Shown: positions 48,664 to 59,776 of the stretch, piece after piece
How positions within the stretch are numbered: position 1 is the stretch's first letter
Layout of the letters: each line of letters opens with the position of its first letter
DNA from: a virus
IMG/VR virus record: IMGVR_UViG_3300037247_000703
Span: 1 to 64,000 of that record
Length of the DNA: 64,000 nt
Direction: 5' to 3' (one strand)
Notes under the pieces: generated by a model
The model's database searches: none
What the model was told of the DNA's origin: nothing
The model's input: only the letters and a program-made list of their open reading frames with translations
Made by a program: the position numbers and the translations under genes

Positions 48664-50451
48664 CTATCCCTCTAGAAAAAGCATGTCGGCCGCCGTGGTT
48701 TTACTCGGCGCCGAGTAGATGACCAGCCCCAGGCTTCGAAGCTGGCCGCGCAGATTGTTGAAGTTGCCGGACGTCTTGCGGTAGTCCGCTTGCTCAGCGA
48801 GTTCCTCGTTGGACAGGCCATCCGGCCAATGCTCAAGGAGCGGCGCGAGCAGTCGCCGCTGTGACGCCGTCACCATGCCGAGAACGGTCTGATGCAGTTC
48901 CTCGGTCGTCGGCAGCTTCTCGGGCCTGTTCGCCAGAGCGGCGCCCTCAACCGTGAGTTCTGTCTTGCCGCTCACGTACTGCACGAACCCCTTTGCCTTG
49001 AGCTTGCCTCGGAGGTTGTGGAAGTTTCCGCTCGTTGGTTTGTACCTTGCGAAAAACGCCATCGAGAAGTGATTCGCCGGCTTGATGCCGATGCTTTCGA
49101 GGCGCGCGAGCGAGTCGAGCAGCCGTTGCTCCGACTTGTTAATGTCATTCGCCTCCGAGTCTTGCTGCGGGCCAGCGGGTGCACGCGCAGGCGCGGTCGT
49201 GCGCCGCTGTTTTGTCGCCGCCTCTCTCGCTTCAGGATTCGATGCCTTCAACTTGGCTAGCGTGGCCTGCGCCTTCGCGATACGCGCCGAGAGCGTCTTC
49301 AAGGTGCCGGCCGCATCAGTCAGCAGCCGTGTTGACGTGTCCATGTCGCCCATCACGCCGGACACAAGCTCGGTCATGTCTTCGAAATCTTCGACCTCGA
49401 ACGGGGTGAGGATCTGAACGATGGCTTCGGCTTCGTGCTTCTCGTTCGCAAGCCCGCGCTCTAGCTCAGCGATGCGCTTCTGTTGCGCGCGCACCTTCTT
49501 CGCGAGTTCTTTCGGGTCGGTCTCTTTGGCCTTTTCGATCGTGGCTTCGAGCGCCTCGCGAATGCTGCCGACGTTGATCTCGGACAGTTTCGGGGGTGGT
49601 TTGTCTTCCTGCCCGAACTCGGGTGTCGCGCTAGCGTCGTAGGTCCACTTCTTCGAGATTTTTACTTGCTCGAAGATGCGGCGACGGGGGGACCATATGA
49701 ACGCCTCGCCCTTCGCGAGTTCATCGAGCGTGCCCCACCAATCGTCACCGGAGAGCGACTTCGCTACCTCATTGACCCATTCGCGCACCGCTTTCTTTTC
49801 GTGCTTCCCGACGAGTTGCAACACGATGAGGTTCTGCGCTTGGTTGAGTACGTCTTTGTTGACCGACTGCGGACGCTGATCCATCAGCGTGAGCCCGATG
49901 CCGTAGTTCCGGCCACGCCGCGCGATGTCCTCGATGGCACCGAGCATGCGCGCTGCGCCTTCGTCGCCTTTACGCAGGGTCTGCGGCACGAACACGCGCG
50001 CCTCTTCGAGCATCAGATTGACTGCCGATCTGTTCTTGCGCTTCATCACGAAGAACTCTTCCGCGAAGTCCGCCATCCAACGACGCATGTGCGACTTGCG
50101 GAAGTGCGAGACGTCGATGACCGCGCTGATCCTCTCTTTGACGAGAAGCCTCGCCACCTCGGCGCCAGACTCCTTGGGTAGCGGCAGGTCGCCTTGATCG
50201 CCGCCGAAGATCGGTATGTCGAGTCCGCGCCCCTTGCCGTTGGCCTTGAGGCGCAAGCCGTACCAGTTGCCGACTGGCTCGACCGCGATGAACTGCGCGC
50301 CTAGCCGGTGCATCTCTTCGGCGTACCGGCCGCCCGTGTAGGTCTTGCCCGAGCCCGAGATGCCCATGATGGCCGTGACCTCAGTGATGATCGATGGCGG
50401 CAGTTGCAGCCATCGACCGCCGCGCTTCGCGAGCTTGATGATCTCTCCCAT
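48664..50451 (-). CDS. HerA/FtsK-superfamily ATPase with C-terminal winged-helix repeats
   Basis: Walker A GISGSGKT; Walker B LMLEEA; RRGRNYGIG...DQRPQ. Confidence 0.85.
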   Translation of the reverse strand: MGEIIKLAKRGGRWLQLPPSIITEVTAIMGISGSGKTYTGGRYAEEMHRLGAQFIAVEPVGNWYGLRLKANGKGRGLDIPIFGGDQGDLPLPKESGAEVARLLVKERISAVIDVSHFRKSHMRRWMADFAEEFFVMKRKNRSAVNLMLEEARVFVPQTLRKGDEGAARMLGAIEDIARRGRNYGIGLTLMDQRPQSVNKDVLNQAQNLIVLQLVGKHEKKAVREWVNEVAKSLSGDDWWGTLDELAKGEAFIWSPRRRIFEQVKISKKWTYDASATPEFGQEDKPPPKLSEINVGSIREALEATIEKAKETDPKELAKKVRAQQKRIAELERGLANEKHEAEAIVQILTPFEVEDFEDMTELVSGVMGDMDTSTRLLTDAAGTLKTLSARIAKAQATLAKLKASNPEAREAATKQRRTTAPARAPAGPQQDSEANDINKSEQRLLDSLARLESIGIKPANHFSMAFFARYKPTSGNFHNLRGKLKAKGFVQYVSGKTELTVEGAALANRPEKLPTTEELHQTVLGMVTASQRRLLAPLLEHWPDGLSNEELAEQADYRKTSGNFNNLRGQLRSLGLVIYSAPSKTTAADMLFLEG

Positions 50452-50463
50452 CGTCGTTCTCCC

Positions 50464-51135
50464 CTATCTCTCGATCGTCAACGCCCACAGCCCGTCATCG
50501 CGCTCCGACCACTCGCCGATATTGATGCTCTTGCCATTGCCGTCTTCGATCTCGACAAAGCGGGCGGGCGCATGCGAGGGCGGACCGTCGAAGACGATGA
50601 CGATCTTGTCGGGCTTGGGCTCCGGGCTGTGCCTGTTTCGAAGATCGGGATGCTCCTGCTCGATCATCTTGAGCGCGGTGTCAACCTGATGAACGCGAAG
50701 CTGTGGCGCGATACCGCTGAGCCATTGGTGCACGTTGGTGATCAGGCCAAGCGCGAGCAGCAATCGGCTGCCGGTATTCACGGGCACGTCGTGCAACTTC
50801 TCTCCCATGCGCAAGGTGGCGAGCGAATTCTCGATGTGCTTTCGCACGTTGTCGATCAGGTCGTAGGACAGCGCCGCGTGTAACTCGGCCTCGACCTGTT
50901 CGAGCGCATCAGCCACGGCGCGCAAGCCCTTCGTCGCTCGCGCGAATGGCGTCGGGCCTTCGAACGGTGCCATGAGCCAGCCGGCGAGCATCGGCGCCGC
51001 GGCACCGGGGAACCAGACGCGGCCCGCCGCTTCTTCGTCATTCGAGATCAGCTCGATGCCATCGTCGAGCCGTCGGGCGACGATCGTGCTATTGCCGTCA
51101 TCGCTCGACCATACGGTGATCAGTTCATTGCTCAT
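50464..51135 (-). CDS. Hypothetical protein
   Basis: ATGA-coupled to the primase gene. Confidence 0.6.
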   Translation of the reverse strand: MSNELITVWSSDDGNSTIVARRLDDGIELISNDEEAAGRVWFPGAAAPMLAGWLMAPFEGPTPFARATKGLRAVADALEQVEAELHAALSYDLIDNVRKHIENSLATLRMGEKLHDVPVNTGSRLLLALGLITNVHQWLSGIAPQLRVHQVDTALKMIEQEHPDLRNRHSPEPKPDKIVIVFDGPPSHAPARFVEIEDGNGKSINIGEWSERDDGLWALTIER

Positions 51136-54100
51136 TTGCTTTCTCCGTCAACGCCGTCTAGCTCGGCTTGGAAGCCCCATGATTTTTCGTTCTCGACAGG
51201 GAACGGCTCGATATCGAGACCGTTCGGAATCTCGTCGACCTTGATGCGCAAGCATCGCCGGATCGACTCGGCGAGCTTCACGCGCGCATCGTTGCGCTTG
51301 ATGTAGGAGCCGCGCTCGATCTTCTCGCGGATGACTCGGCGCAATGCGCGCAAGCCGTTCGTCGCGTCTTCTAGCCCTTGCTTCTTCCGCTCGCGCAGGT
51401 ACACGCCGTAAGCGGTCTGAACGTGCAGCGCGATCTCCCCGTCGATGCCGGCGTAGTGAATGCCCTCGCGCAACGTGCCTTCCTGCGCGCATGCCGACAG
51501 CGATTCGAGAAACTGATCGAAGACGTCTTTCGCCCCGGCCTCGCCTTCAAGGAAGTCGTCACATTGGTAGGCGATCGCCGCCTGGAAGTCGGGGTCGGGC
51601 AACGAGACGCCTAGATTCTCACCGAAGCTCTGATAGGCGATCAGCCCGAACGCCATGACGACGAGATTGTCGATCACGCGACCGGGCACGTCTTCGGCGC
51701 CGCTGATGATGCTCTTGCCGTCGTCATCGGCTTGGGCGAGAAACTTGTTCGTAATCGACCGCGCCGCGTCGAGCCAGTCACCGAACGGCGCCTGCACCGC
51801 GAACTGGATCATCGGCAAGGCGAGCGCGCCCAAGTCGGCACGCCGGCAGATCGCGAACGCGCGGTGATGCTCGGGTGAGAGTTCGATCGTGTTCTTGTTC
51901 GGTGACGAACACAGGATACGCTCGGCGACGGCGGGGTCATGGTCGGGCTTGTTCTCGCCTGTGACGGACAGCGGCGCCGCGAGCACGTAGTTCGCCAGCG
52001 TCAGATCCGGCCGCCCACGCGATTCGGTCTCGCCACCATAGACGCGCCGCACGTAACGCATCAGTCGGTTGACGTTGCGCTTGAGCATGTCCGCCGGCTT
52101 GTACTCGTCGAGAACGATCGGCACGCCGTTCGTCGAGCTGAGCAGTCGCAGCATCGAGAACTCGGTCTCGGTCGCCGAGAACGGCTCGGCGTCGGTGACG
52201 CCATGAATACGCCAGAAGATTAGTTGCAGCGACGTCTTACCCGAGCCCTGTGTGCCCCAGTTCCACAGAATCGGAAAGTGACCCATCGCATCGGTGATCG
52301 GCTTGCGGAACGGCGCCGCGAAGTACCAGCCAATCAGCGGTAGCATCACGGCCGGCGTGTTGAGCTTCATCAGGTTTGGCAAGACCTCGGCCGCGATCTC
52401 CTTGACCTTCGCTTCGTCGACGACGGTGTACTTGACGCGCGCCGCGAGTGGGGAGCCGTTGGCGACGTAGGCAAGTTTTTCGTCGGCCTCGATGCCGTTC
52501 GGTCCGATGATGCCTTCCGGTGTAATCCATCGAACGTCACCACTAGCGCCGTTGGCGTACCACCCGAGCATGGTCGAGCCCGTGCGCTTCACAACGTCGG
52601 CGTCGGCGACGATGCGCAGGAGGCCCTGAACCTGATCGTCATTGCCGGTCCATTGCAGGTCAGGCGAGATCCGCGTGATCGCCGCGAGGAATTGCCGCCG
52701 GCCCTGCCATGCGTTCGGCGGGAAGGCCACGCCCTTGATCGTCTTGTTCTTGTCCGTGATGATGTCGCCTGTGATCTGCTCGACCCCCTCGACGCTCACG
52801 CGCTCGGTCGGGGTGATCTTGAACGACGACAAGACAACCATGTCGCCATCCATGTTATGCGTGAAGTAGAAGTTCACGCCCTCGACGATCTCGCCCTTGA
52901 GCCGTTCGCGTTTGTCTTCTTCTTCCTTCGCGGCATCGCGCTTCTTCTTCTTTAGGAACTCGGCGCGGTCGCGAATCAGTTTCTTGACGTCAGCCTTGCC
53001 GACCTTGAACCGCTTGGCGATCGTCGCGATGTATCCGGTCTGCTCGATGGCCGCCATGCCGACGAGTACATCGATCGCCGGTTCGAGCTTGCGGCCGATC
53101 TGGCTTGGCTCGGTCGCAGGCGACACGCGCTCGATCAGGTACTCGGGCAACCGTGTCGCGTGTTCGAGCACGCTGAGCAGCTCAGTGCCGCTGTTGGCGC
53201 GCAGGAACTCGTTGACGTCGATTTTGTCTACGCCATCGGGCTTCGGCAGTTGTGCGAGCCGTGCATCGACGCCAGCCGCGAACAGAATCGATGCCGTCTT
53301 GACGGCGCCCTTTTCGCCCGCGCCGCTGTCTTCGGCGTCGTTGCAGATGACGAGCCGCTTGACGCGCTTGGCGAGCTTGACGAGTTTCTCGGTATCCTTG
53401 TCGCGGAAGCGAACGGTGACGGGCGAGATACATGGGATGCCGACTTGTTGTGCGCTGATGCAATCGGTCACGCCCTCAGTGACGAGCCCGACGTCGATGA
53501 CTCCGGTGAACGCGTCTTCGTTGTAGAAGATCGAGTTCTCGATGTGGTCGCTCACGTAGGGGTGCTTCTCGCTGTGCGTCAGTAGCTTTTTGTACTTCGC
53601 CAGCTCGTGAGGGTCATCGCCCGAGTACGGCTCGCACCGCCGCGCGATGGCGTACTTCGGCATGCCGTGCTTCCAATAGGGGAAGACGATCCGATCCGCG
53701 AAAAAATCGACGATTTTTCCATTTCGGAATTTGATGAACAGCCCCGACGCGAGGCACTGATCCTCTTCGAACCCCTCCCCCTTCAGATACTCGAACAGCC
53801 GACCGTTGCGCCCCTTGTGATCGACCTGCGGCCCCGCCCATCCGAGCATCAATCGATCGATCGTCTCGTCGATGAAGCCATAGTGATCGCGCAAGACCTC
53901 GTTGCGGATCTTGCTCGGTAGCGCGTTGTGGTAGTAGATGAACGCCGCTTCCAGTACCTTGCCGATCGCGTGCTGCGCGACGTAGCGCGCCTCCTGCTCG
54001 GCGGTGCGCTCCATGCGTTCGACGCCGTAGCGGTCGGCGAGGTAGTCGGCCGCAGCCATGAACGACCATCCGCGGATCTCTTGCAGCCACGAGAACACGT

Positions 54101-54287
54101 CGCCGCCTCGGTCGCCGCCGAAGTCGCGCCACGTCCCGTTAGGCCATGCGATCAGCGACGGCCAATCAGCAGCGCCGCGGTATACGTTGCCGCTTTCGGT
54201 TAGTCCAGTGACGTCTTCGAGCATGACCTCGAACAGGTTGGCCCGTTCGCGGATCTTCTCGATGTAGTCTTTGAACTCGACCGACAC
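51132..54287 (-). CDS. DnaG-type TOPRIM primase fused to a P-loop (SF3/DUF927-like) helicase
   Basis: DFFADRIVFP, KYK, VTEGVTD, NDAED, DVNEF; GTQGSGKT and IVLDEYK. Confidence 0.9.
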   Translation of the reverse strand: MSVEFKDYIEKIRERANLFEVMLEDVTGLTESGNVYRGAADWPSLIAWPNGTWRDFGGDRGGDVFSWLQEIRGWSFMAAADYLADRYGVERMERTAEQEARYVAQHAIGKVLEAAFIYYHNALPSKIRNEVLRDHYGFIDETIDRLMLGWAGPQVDHKGRNGRLFEYLKGEGFEEDQCLASGLFIKFRNGKIVDFFADRIVFPYWKHGMPKYAIARRCEPYSGDDPHELAKYKKLLTHSEKHPYVSDHIENSIFYNEDAFTGVIDVGLVTEGVTDCISAQQVGIPCISPVTVRFRDKDTEKLVKLAKRVKRLVICNDAEDSGAGEKGAVKTASILFAAGVDARLAQLPKPDGVDKIDVNEFLRANSGTELLSVLEHATRLPEYLIERVSPATEPSQIGRKLEPAIDVLVGMAAIEQTGYIATIAKRFKVGKADVKKLIRDRAEFLKKKKRDAAKEEEDKRERLKGEIVEGVNFYFTHNMDGDMVVLSSFKITPTERVSVEGVEQITGDIITDKNKTIKGVAFPPNAWQGRRQFLAAITRISPDLQWTGNDDQVQGLLRIVADADVVKRTGSTMLGWYANGASGDVRWITPEGIIGPNGIEADEKLAYVANGSPLAARVKYTVVDEAKVKEIAAEVLPNLMKLNTPAVMLPLIGWYFAAPFRKPITDAMGHFPILWNWGTQGSGKTSLQLIFWRIHGVTDAEPFSATETEFSMLRLLSSTNGVPIVLDEYKPADMLKRNVNRLMRYVRRVYGGETESRGRPDLTLANYVLAAPLSVTGENKPDHDPAVAERILCSSPNKNTIELSPEHHRAFAICRRADLGALALPMIQFAVQAPFGDWLDAARSITNKFLAQADDDGKSIISGAEDVPGRVIDNLVVMAFGLIAYQSFGENLGVSLPDPDFQAAIAYQCDDFLEGEAGAKDVFDQFLESLSACAQEGTLREGIHYAGIDGEIALHVQTAYGVYLRERKKQGLEDATNGLRALRRVIREKIERGSYIKRNDARVKLAESIRRCLRIKVDEIPNGLDIEPFPVENEKSWGFQAELDGVDGESK

Positions 54288-55126
54288 AGTGTTCAGTTCT
54301 CTGTGGTCAACATGGGGAACATTGGTTGCGCGAGATCGCGGCGCATCTCGTCGCCGAACTCTCGCAGCCCGACTAAGCCGTGCACGCTGTGAAGCTGTCG
54401 CAACGAATAGCAGATTCGCACTACCTCTTCGCGCGGTATTTCGTTGGCGTATCGGTCTGCAATGGCTTTAGCGAAGGCTTCATACGACTCGACGAACGCA
54501 TCGATCTGTGCGCAGATTTGATCCACGAGATCGATCGTGATGATCGAAATCGTGCCGCGCAGCATGATGGTTTCATAGGTCATCCGCGCAGCTTGTCGGC
54601 GAAGTGCTTGTTGACTCTGCCCGCCTCGTAGCCGGGCAACTCGCTAACCGGTTGCTTGAGCGCGTTGTCGCTATCCCACGGCACGGGTGTCGGTGCCTCT
54701 GTGATCTGATCGACGCAGCACTGACCGATGTTGACCTCGCGCTCCGTCTCCGAGCCGAACGAATCGCGATAGTGCTTCAGTCGCTTGGCGGTGATGACCT
54801 TGACTGGTCGTTCTCCTGCCGGCCGTACCTTGCCACAGTTGTCGCATCGAAAGCTCACGTTTTCCTCCGTAGTAGTTTGCGCAGCATCGAGGCCGCGTCG
54901 GCGCATCGGTCCTGTGCATCGCCTTGTGTGATGTCTTCCAGGGTCGCGAGCACGTCGATGATCGCGTCGTCGTGTTTGATGATTTCTCCGCAGGAGTCGC
55001 ATACGCCATCGGTAAGCATGCGCACGTCGCCGCACATCGAGCACCGTGGGATCGACTTGGCCCGGATCGGCTCGCGCTCGCTCTCGCCATCGGGACAAAC
55101 GACCGCGAGGATCAACGGGAGCTTCT

Positions 55127-55699
55127 TCACGCGTCTCGCTCCGGGTAGACCGGCATGCCCTCAGTCGACTCGCGCATCGGCATCACGACCGCGAGAAAAT
55201 GCTCGTGCCGAAACACAATCGGTGCGAGATTGTCGCGCGTGTGGGGATAGACCGCGACGATCCCATCTTCATCGCCGAACGCAAGCGCCATCGCGATCAG
55301 GTTTCGATCGATGGCGCGGTCGAACAAGTTGCCGCCGTACCGGGCGACGTTCATGCCCTGCTCGCAGTGTGGGCAGCGGCGGAACTTCGGGGTGCCACAC
55401 CACCCGCGCAGATCCTTGAGTCGGGCATCGATCGCGTGCGCACTCGTCGGCGCGAAGTAACTGAAGAAGGTGGTCGCATACGTTTCGGGCAACGGCTTGA
55501 GTCCGCGCGCAGCGGTGTCGCTGATCAGTTTCGTGCTCACCGCGAGCATTGACCAGCCGTTCGACGACACCGCGTAAGTCTTCCCGCCCTGCGTAAACGC
55601 GAACACGCGCGACGTGATATCGCGCTCGGCATGTCTCTTCTCGAACGTGCGCAAGGCTTCAAGAGTCTGGTACGCGTTGACCGATGTGGCTTGGCTCAT
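55127..55699 (-). CDS. Hypothetical protein with a sliding-clamp-like terminal motif
   Basis: SSNGWSML and C-terminal PIVF...AVVMPMR. Confidence 0.5.
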   Translation of the reverse strand: MSQATSVNAYQTLEALRTFEKRHAERDITSRVFAFTQGGKTYAVSSNGWSMLAVSTKLISDTAARGLKPLPETYATTFFSYFAPTSAHAIDARLKDLRGWCGTPKFRRCPHCEQGMNVARYGGNLFDRAIDRNLIAMALAFGDEDGIVAVYPHTRDNLAPIVFRHEHFLAVVMPMRESTEGMPVYPERDA

Positions 55700-56714
55700 G
55701 GCTTCACGATCCTCGGTTGCTCGCGCGGCTGCACTCCCTTGCACCTGTGCGTTTCGGTACAGCCGTCACAGATGAAATACTTGCAGGTCACGCACTGATT
55801 GACGTGCTGCTCGGCGGTGAAGTCTTCGCCGCAGTCGGGGCATCGCGGCTTGAACTTTTTGATCAGCTCTTGCCGCTTGCGAAGCTCCTTGGCTGCGAGC
55901 TTGGCATCTCGGTTCGCTTTCTCATTGCGCCCGCTCACGAGTCAGGCTTTATGGGTGATGCTCGACGGCTTCTCGTTCACGGTGCGCGTCGTCAGGCCCG
56001 GCTGTGGTTCCATGTTGTACCAAGCATCGCGTGCTTGAGTTGCGGTGTTGAAGGCGTGAAGCGAATCCATCATGTACTGCGCGAGAATAAAGTCAGGCGT
56101 GTTGCTCTCATTTTCCTGGCACGCCTTGTTGAGTATGCGGGCCAATTCTTTTTCGAATTCAGTCACTGTCGTCTCCTTCGATCTTGGGTTCTCGGAAATC
56201 GTCGTCGAAAACGCCCCCCGCCGGAAAGCGAGTCGGCTTCTTCGATGGCGTCTTGCTGTCGGTTTCATCGAGCGCCGCGATCACAATCGTGATGAGCGAA
56301 TCATTTGCCTCGCGCATGGCATCGAGCACCGCGCGCCCGCTCGTGCCCTCGGGCGGATTGTCGAATGCCTCGCGCAGCTTCTCGGTCGGCAGCAACATGC
56401 GGAACTGTGTGTCGAGCTGTCGGTGTAGCGCGGCGCGATCTTCGAGTAACGCGCGCAGGTCGTTGACGACATTCACTTCCTTGATGTCGATGCTCATGAC
56501 CTGACGATCCTCCATTCTTCCTCTTCGCCGTGTTGCTCAAATTGGAAGTCGATGTCCATGCACACGATGAACTTTTCGTTGAGCTGCCGGATGCCGTACC
56601 ACTCGGGCGCATCGCCGCGCTGTGTGAGCGCCATGAGTAGCTTCACTTGATCGATGTCGAGCTTCCGTTGCGTGAACGTCGTGCCCGAGATGAAGCCCAT
56701 GATCGGATTAGCCA

Positions 56715-58514
56715 TCAACTCTCTCCCTGTTCGAGTTCGTGAAGACCGTGCGGCAAGTCCGCATCGGGTTCGGCAATCCTCTGCGCATAGATCGACATTC
56801 CAATCGCGCGATCCCATGCGTCGAGTGCGCGTTCTGCGTCAGTCAGCTCTGGTTCATCTTCCGTGATTGTCTGTTCGGAATCGGCCGCCGCCTGATCGAG
56901 CAGCGCTTCCGCGCTGTCGAGAAATTGTGACTCGGCCGCCGCTTGTAATCGCTCGGTCATGTCGAGCTGTTCGAAGCGAGTCTTCTCGTCGACGCCGGCT
57001 GCCTTGAGTAACGGGGCTTGTTCGGCCTCCCACTCTTCCCAGAACTTGATCCGAGCACGCGCGAGCGCGGCGTGCTTCTCGCCCAGCTCGAACCCGAGGA
57101 AGTCGAAGCCCTCGATGACGGCCGCGCAACCGGTCGGCCCCGACCCGCAGAACGGATCGAGCACGACGCCGCCCGGGGGTGTGATGATGCGGACGAGCCA
57201 CGACATGAGCGCGACCGACTTGACCGTCGGATGCGTGTTCTTGGCGCCCCCTGTGCGCCCTGCGCCCGCCCGCGGATTCCCGAGCCCCTTGCTCCCATCC
57301 TTGCGATCGGTCGCCTGACCGGCTGTGGACGCCTCGAACGCGTCGAGGCCCGCGTCACGCTCAGCCCGGCTGGGCTTGGCCTCGTAGCGGAAGGTCGCGA
57401 AGAACCGCGAGGCCCCGCCTATGTCGCCATAGGTGGCTAGACTGTCGGTCAGGTTTGGCTTCCGCGAACCGTGGGCGCGTGTCGATATGGCGGTGCGCCC
57501 GCTGTCGGCGTTGCTCCGGGCAATGCCGCCGCCCGCTAAGCCGCTTTGACGGTCTAGCTCAGCGACGGGGCACCCGACAGCGCAGTTCCACAGCACGACG
57601 CTCTCGTCGCCATACAGCGGCCCTGACGGCTTGTTGTCGCCGGCCTCGGCTCCGGTGTCCACAAAGCCCGCTGGCCGGCTCCCCTGACTACCCTGACGCC
57701 GGTCGCCGCGGATATGCCCCGTGCCAACAGGCTCGCAGTCCGGCCCGTGCGACAGGATCAGGTTCGCCGGCCAGCGGCCACCGTTCTTGCCGGCCACGGC
57801 TGAGCGGTTCGTGCTCGCCCAGCCGCTCGCCGACATCGTTGACTTGCCGAGTTGTCGTTCGAGCTTCTCGTCGGTGCCGATGCGACAGGCATCAATATTG
57901 AGCGCGCCCGTGCCGTACAGCAACACGTTGCGCGCGACAGTCTTCTCGATCGGTTTGCGCGCGAGAATCCAATGCTCGGTAGCTGGCTTGAGTGCAGTTC
58001 CCCAACCTTCCCACTGCTTGGCGGATTCTGTGGCAGGAGCGGTTATGTCCATCGATCCACCCTTGTCGGGACCGCTGCCGTAAACAAAGTTAGGTCCGTA
58101 GCTTTCCAGCTTCGAAACACTGCCGACGACATCACGCTCAGCCCCCGCCGCCCTGTCGATCGCCTTGCTCACGTCGAGCGACTTTGGAAAGCCGTTGCCG
58201 AAATGGTGATGCACGATGTCGCGGATCTCGAACTGCGCATCTTCGATCGCAAACGCGGTCCAATGAGAGGTACGAGGCAGAGCCCACACGAGCAGGTGCC
58301 CACCCGGCTTGAGTACGCGATAGCACTGCGACATGATCGTGAACAGCCAATCGATCCAGACGTCGCGCCCGCCTTTGTTCGAATCCCACTTTTTCCCCAT
58401 GAACGAAATGCCAGCGGGCGGATCGGTCACGATCGAGTCGATGCACTCGTCAGGCAACGCTGGCAAACCGAAACGTCGATCCATGTTCGGCGCGGTGATC
58501 ACGTTCCACGTCAT
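56715..58514 (-). CDS. N6A/N4C DNA methyltransferase (beta arrangement) with a large insertion
   Basis: IDSIVTDPPA; RVLKPGG; HPTVK; VLDPFCGSGPTG; ATGA-coupled start at 58514. Confidence 0.88.
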   Translation of the reverse strand: MTWNVITAPNMDRRFGLPALPDECIDSIVTDPPAGISFMGKKWDSNKGGRDVWIDWLFTIMSQCYRVLKPGGHLLVWALPRTSHWTAFAIEDAQFEIRDIVHHHFGNGFPKSLDVSKAIDRAAGAERDVVGSVSKLESYGPNFVYGSGPDKGGSMDITAPATESAKQWEGWGTALKPATEHWILARKPIEKTVARNVLLYGTGALNIDACRIGTDEKLERQLGKSTMSASGWASTNRSAVAGKNGGRWPANLILSHGPDCEPVGTGHIRGDRRQGSQGSRPAGFVDTGAEAGDNKPSGPLYGDESVVLWNCAVGCPVAELDRQSGLAGGGIARSNADSGRTAISTRAHGSRKPNLTDSLATYGDIGGASRFFATFRYEAKPSRAERDAGLDAFEASTAGQATDRKDGSKGLGNPRAGAGRTGGAKNTHPTVKSVALMSWLVRIITPPGGVVLDPFCGSGPTGCAAVIEGFDFLGFELGEKHAALARARIKFWEEWEAEQAPLLKAAGVDEKTRFEQLDMTERLQAAAESQFLDSAEALLDQAAADSEQTITEDEPELTDAERALDAWDRAIGMSIYAQRIAEPDADLPHGLHELEQGES

Positions 58515-58885
58515 TCGGCTAGGCCCCCATTGATGACCGACAGCTCTGCCCACGAGTCGAGCACGCGATACTCGATCGGGATGCCGCGCCCCTCGGCGTG
58601 TGCGATCCCGTACTGCATGCCCTTCGTGATTCCGAGGTTCGTATAGACGACCGTGGCATCGGCGACATCGCGCCACAGGAAGCCCGCCTGAATGCCTCGC
58701 TCGCGCTCGACCGGGATGCGATCATCGAGCACGCCCGGCTGAGTGTAGAGACCGTGCGAGGCGTAGGGGGCTTCGTCGTGGTTGACGATAGCATCGCGCA
58801 TGCACGCTCGAAGGAAGCGCAGGTTGCGCTCGACGATCTGATCGTCGTCGCTACCGTAAGGCGACTCGATGACGACGCGCCTCAT
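58511..58885 (-). CDS. Nucleoside-deoxyribosyltransferase-like (DUF4406/DUF7768-type) protein
   Basis: VVIESPY, APYASH, GITKGMQYGI..A...GIPIEYR. Confidence 0.7.
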   Translation of the reverse strand: MRRVVIESPYGSDDDQIVERNLRFLRACMRDAIVNHDEAPYASHGLYTQPGVLDDRIPVERERGIQAGFLWRDVADATVVYTNLGITKGMQYGIAHAEGRGIPIEYRVLDSWAELSVINGGLAE

Positions 58886-59060
58886 GGCTTGACCGGCCCT
58901 CGGTCGACATCGGCCTTCGGCATCGGTTCTCGACCGGAACCATTACAGTGGCCACAGGTTTTTTTGATTGGCTTTCCGTGGCGCCACAACCCTGTAGGAA
59001 GTGCTCGCGCGCCGTTGCAGCTCGTGCACGGTGTATCGGTGTCAATGTTCTTGATCGGCG

Positions 59061-59768
59061 TCATCCGTTGCCCTCGAAGATGCGGATGACTTCGGCGTAT
59101 GGCTTGCCGCCGGCCTCGCTGTGGTAGATGCGACCGAACGTGATCTCTCCCTCGACCTCGACGACACGTTCCGTCATGTTCTTGCGGAACGGCCACATGA
59201 AGTAATAGGGCGGCCCGGTGAACTCGTTGACGATCCACTCGATCGTCGACCGTCGAATGCTGCCGTACCGCCAGACGTTGACGACCATGTTCATCGCATA
59301 GCCGCGCAACTCAGCATCGCGACGGAAGGCCGCCGGCCACGGTGCGGTTGACACGAGTCCGAGTAGCGGGAACGTCCACCACGGGGCACCGACGACAGCG
59401 CAGACGATAGCGCCGGTCAGAGCGAGCGGGAAGGTGAGGGACTGTGGCAGGAGGTAGCAGAACTTCCACCACCGTTGTTCGCCCTTGGCGTCGAGCAGGT
59501 GAACATACTCATGTGCGAGAATCTTCGTCGCCTTCCACGGATTCTCTGCGACGAACTCGCGACTCGGGAACCAGACGATCGGATAGATAGTCGACACATA
59601 CTTTTTCATGTAGTGACGATTGAAAATCCAGACAACGACCGCGATCAGCTTCTGAACAAAGCTCTCGTTCTTGTAGCGAATCTCGAATCCGGGGATTTCG
59701 CGCGCGATGAACGCCGACAGATCGGCAAACAGGATTGCCGCCCGCTTTCGTGTGACTTGTGTTGCCAT
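59061..59768 (-). CDS. Membrane-associated zincin metallopeptidase-like protein
   Basis: ILAHEYVH, downstream AELRGY, two hydrophobic segments. Confidence 0.7.
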   Translation of the reverse strand: MATQVTRKRAAILFADLSAFIAREIPGFEIRYKNESFVQKLIAVVVWIFNRHYMKKYVSTIYPIVWFPSREFVAENPWKATKILAHEYVHLLDAKGEQRWWKFCYLLPQSLTFPLALTGAIVCAVVGAPWWTFPLLGLVSTAPWPAAFRRDAELRGYAMNMVVNVWRYGSIRRSTIEWIVNEFTGPPYYFMWPFRKNMTERVVEVEGEITFGRIYHSEAGGKPYAEVIRIFEGNG

Positions 59769-59776
59769 TGGTTCGC

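Noticed and set aside
58515-58676. N-terminal extension of the DNA methylase ORF
   Set aside because: Overlaps the upstream gene; the ATGA-coupled start at 58514 fits better
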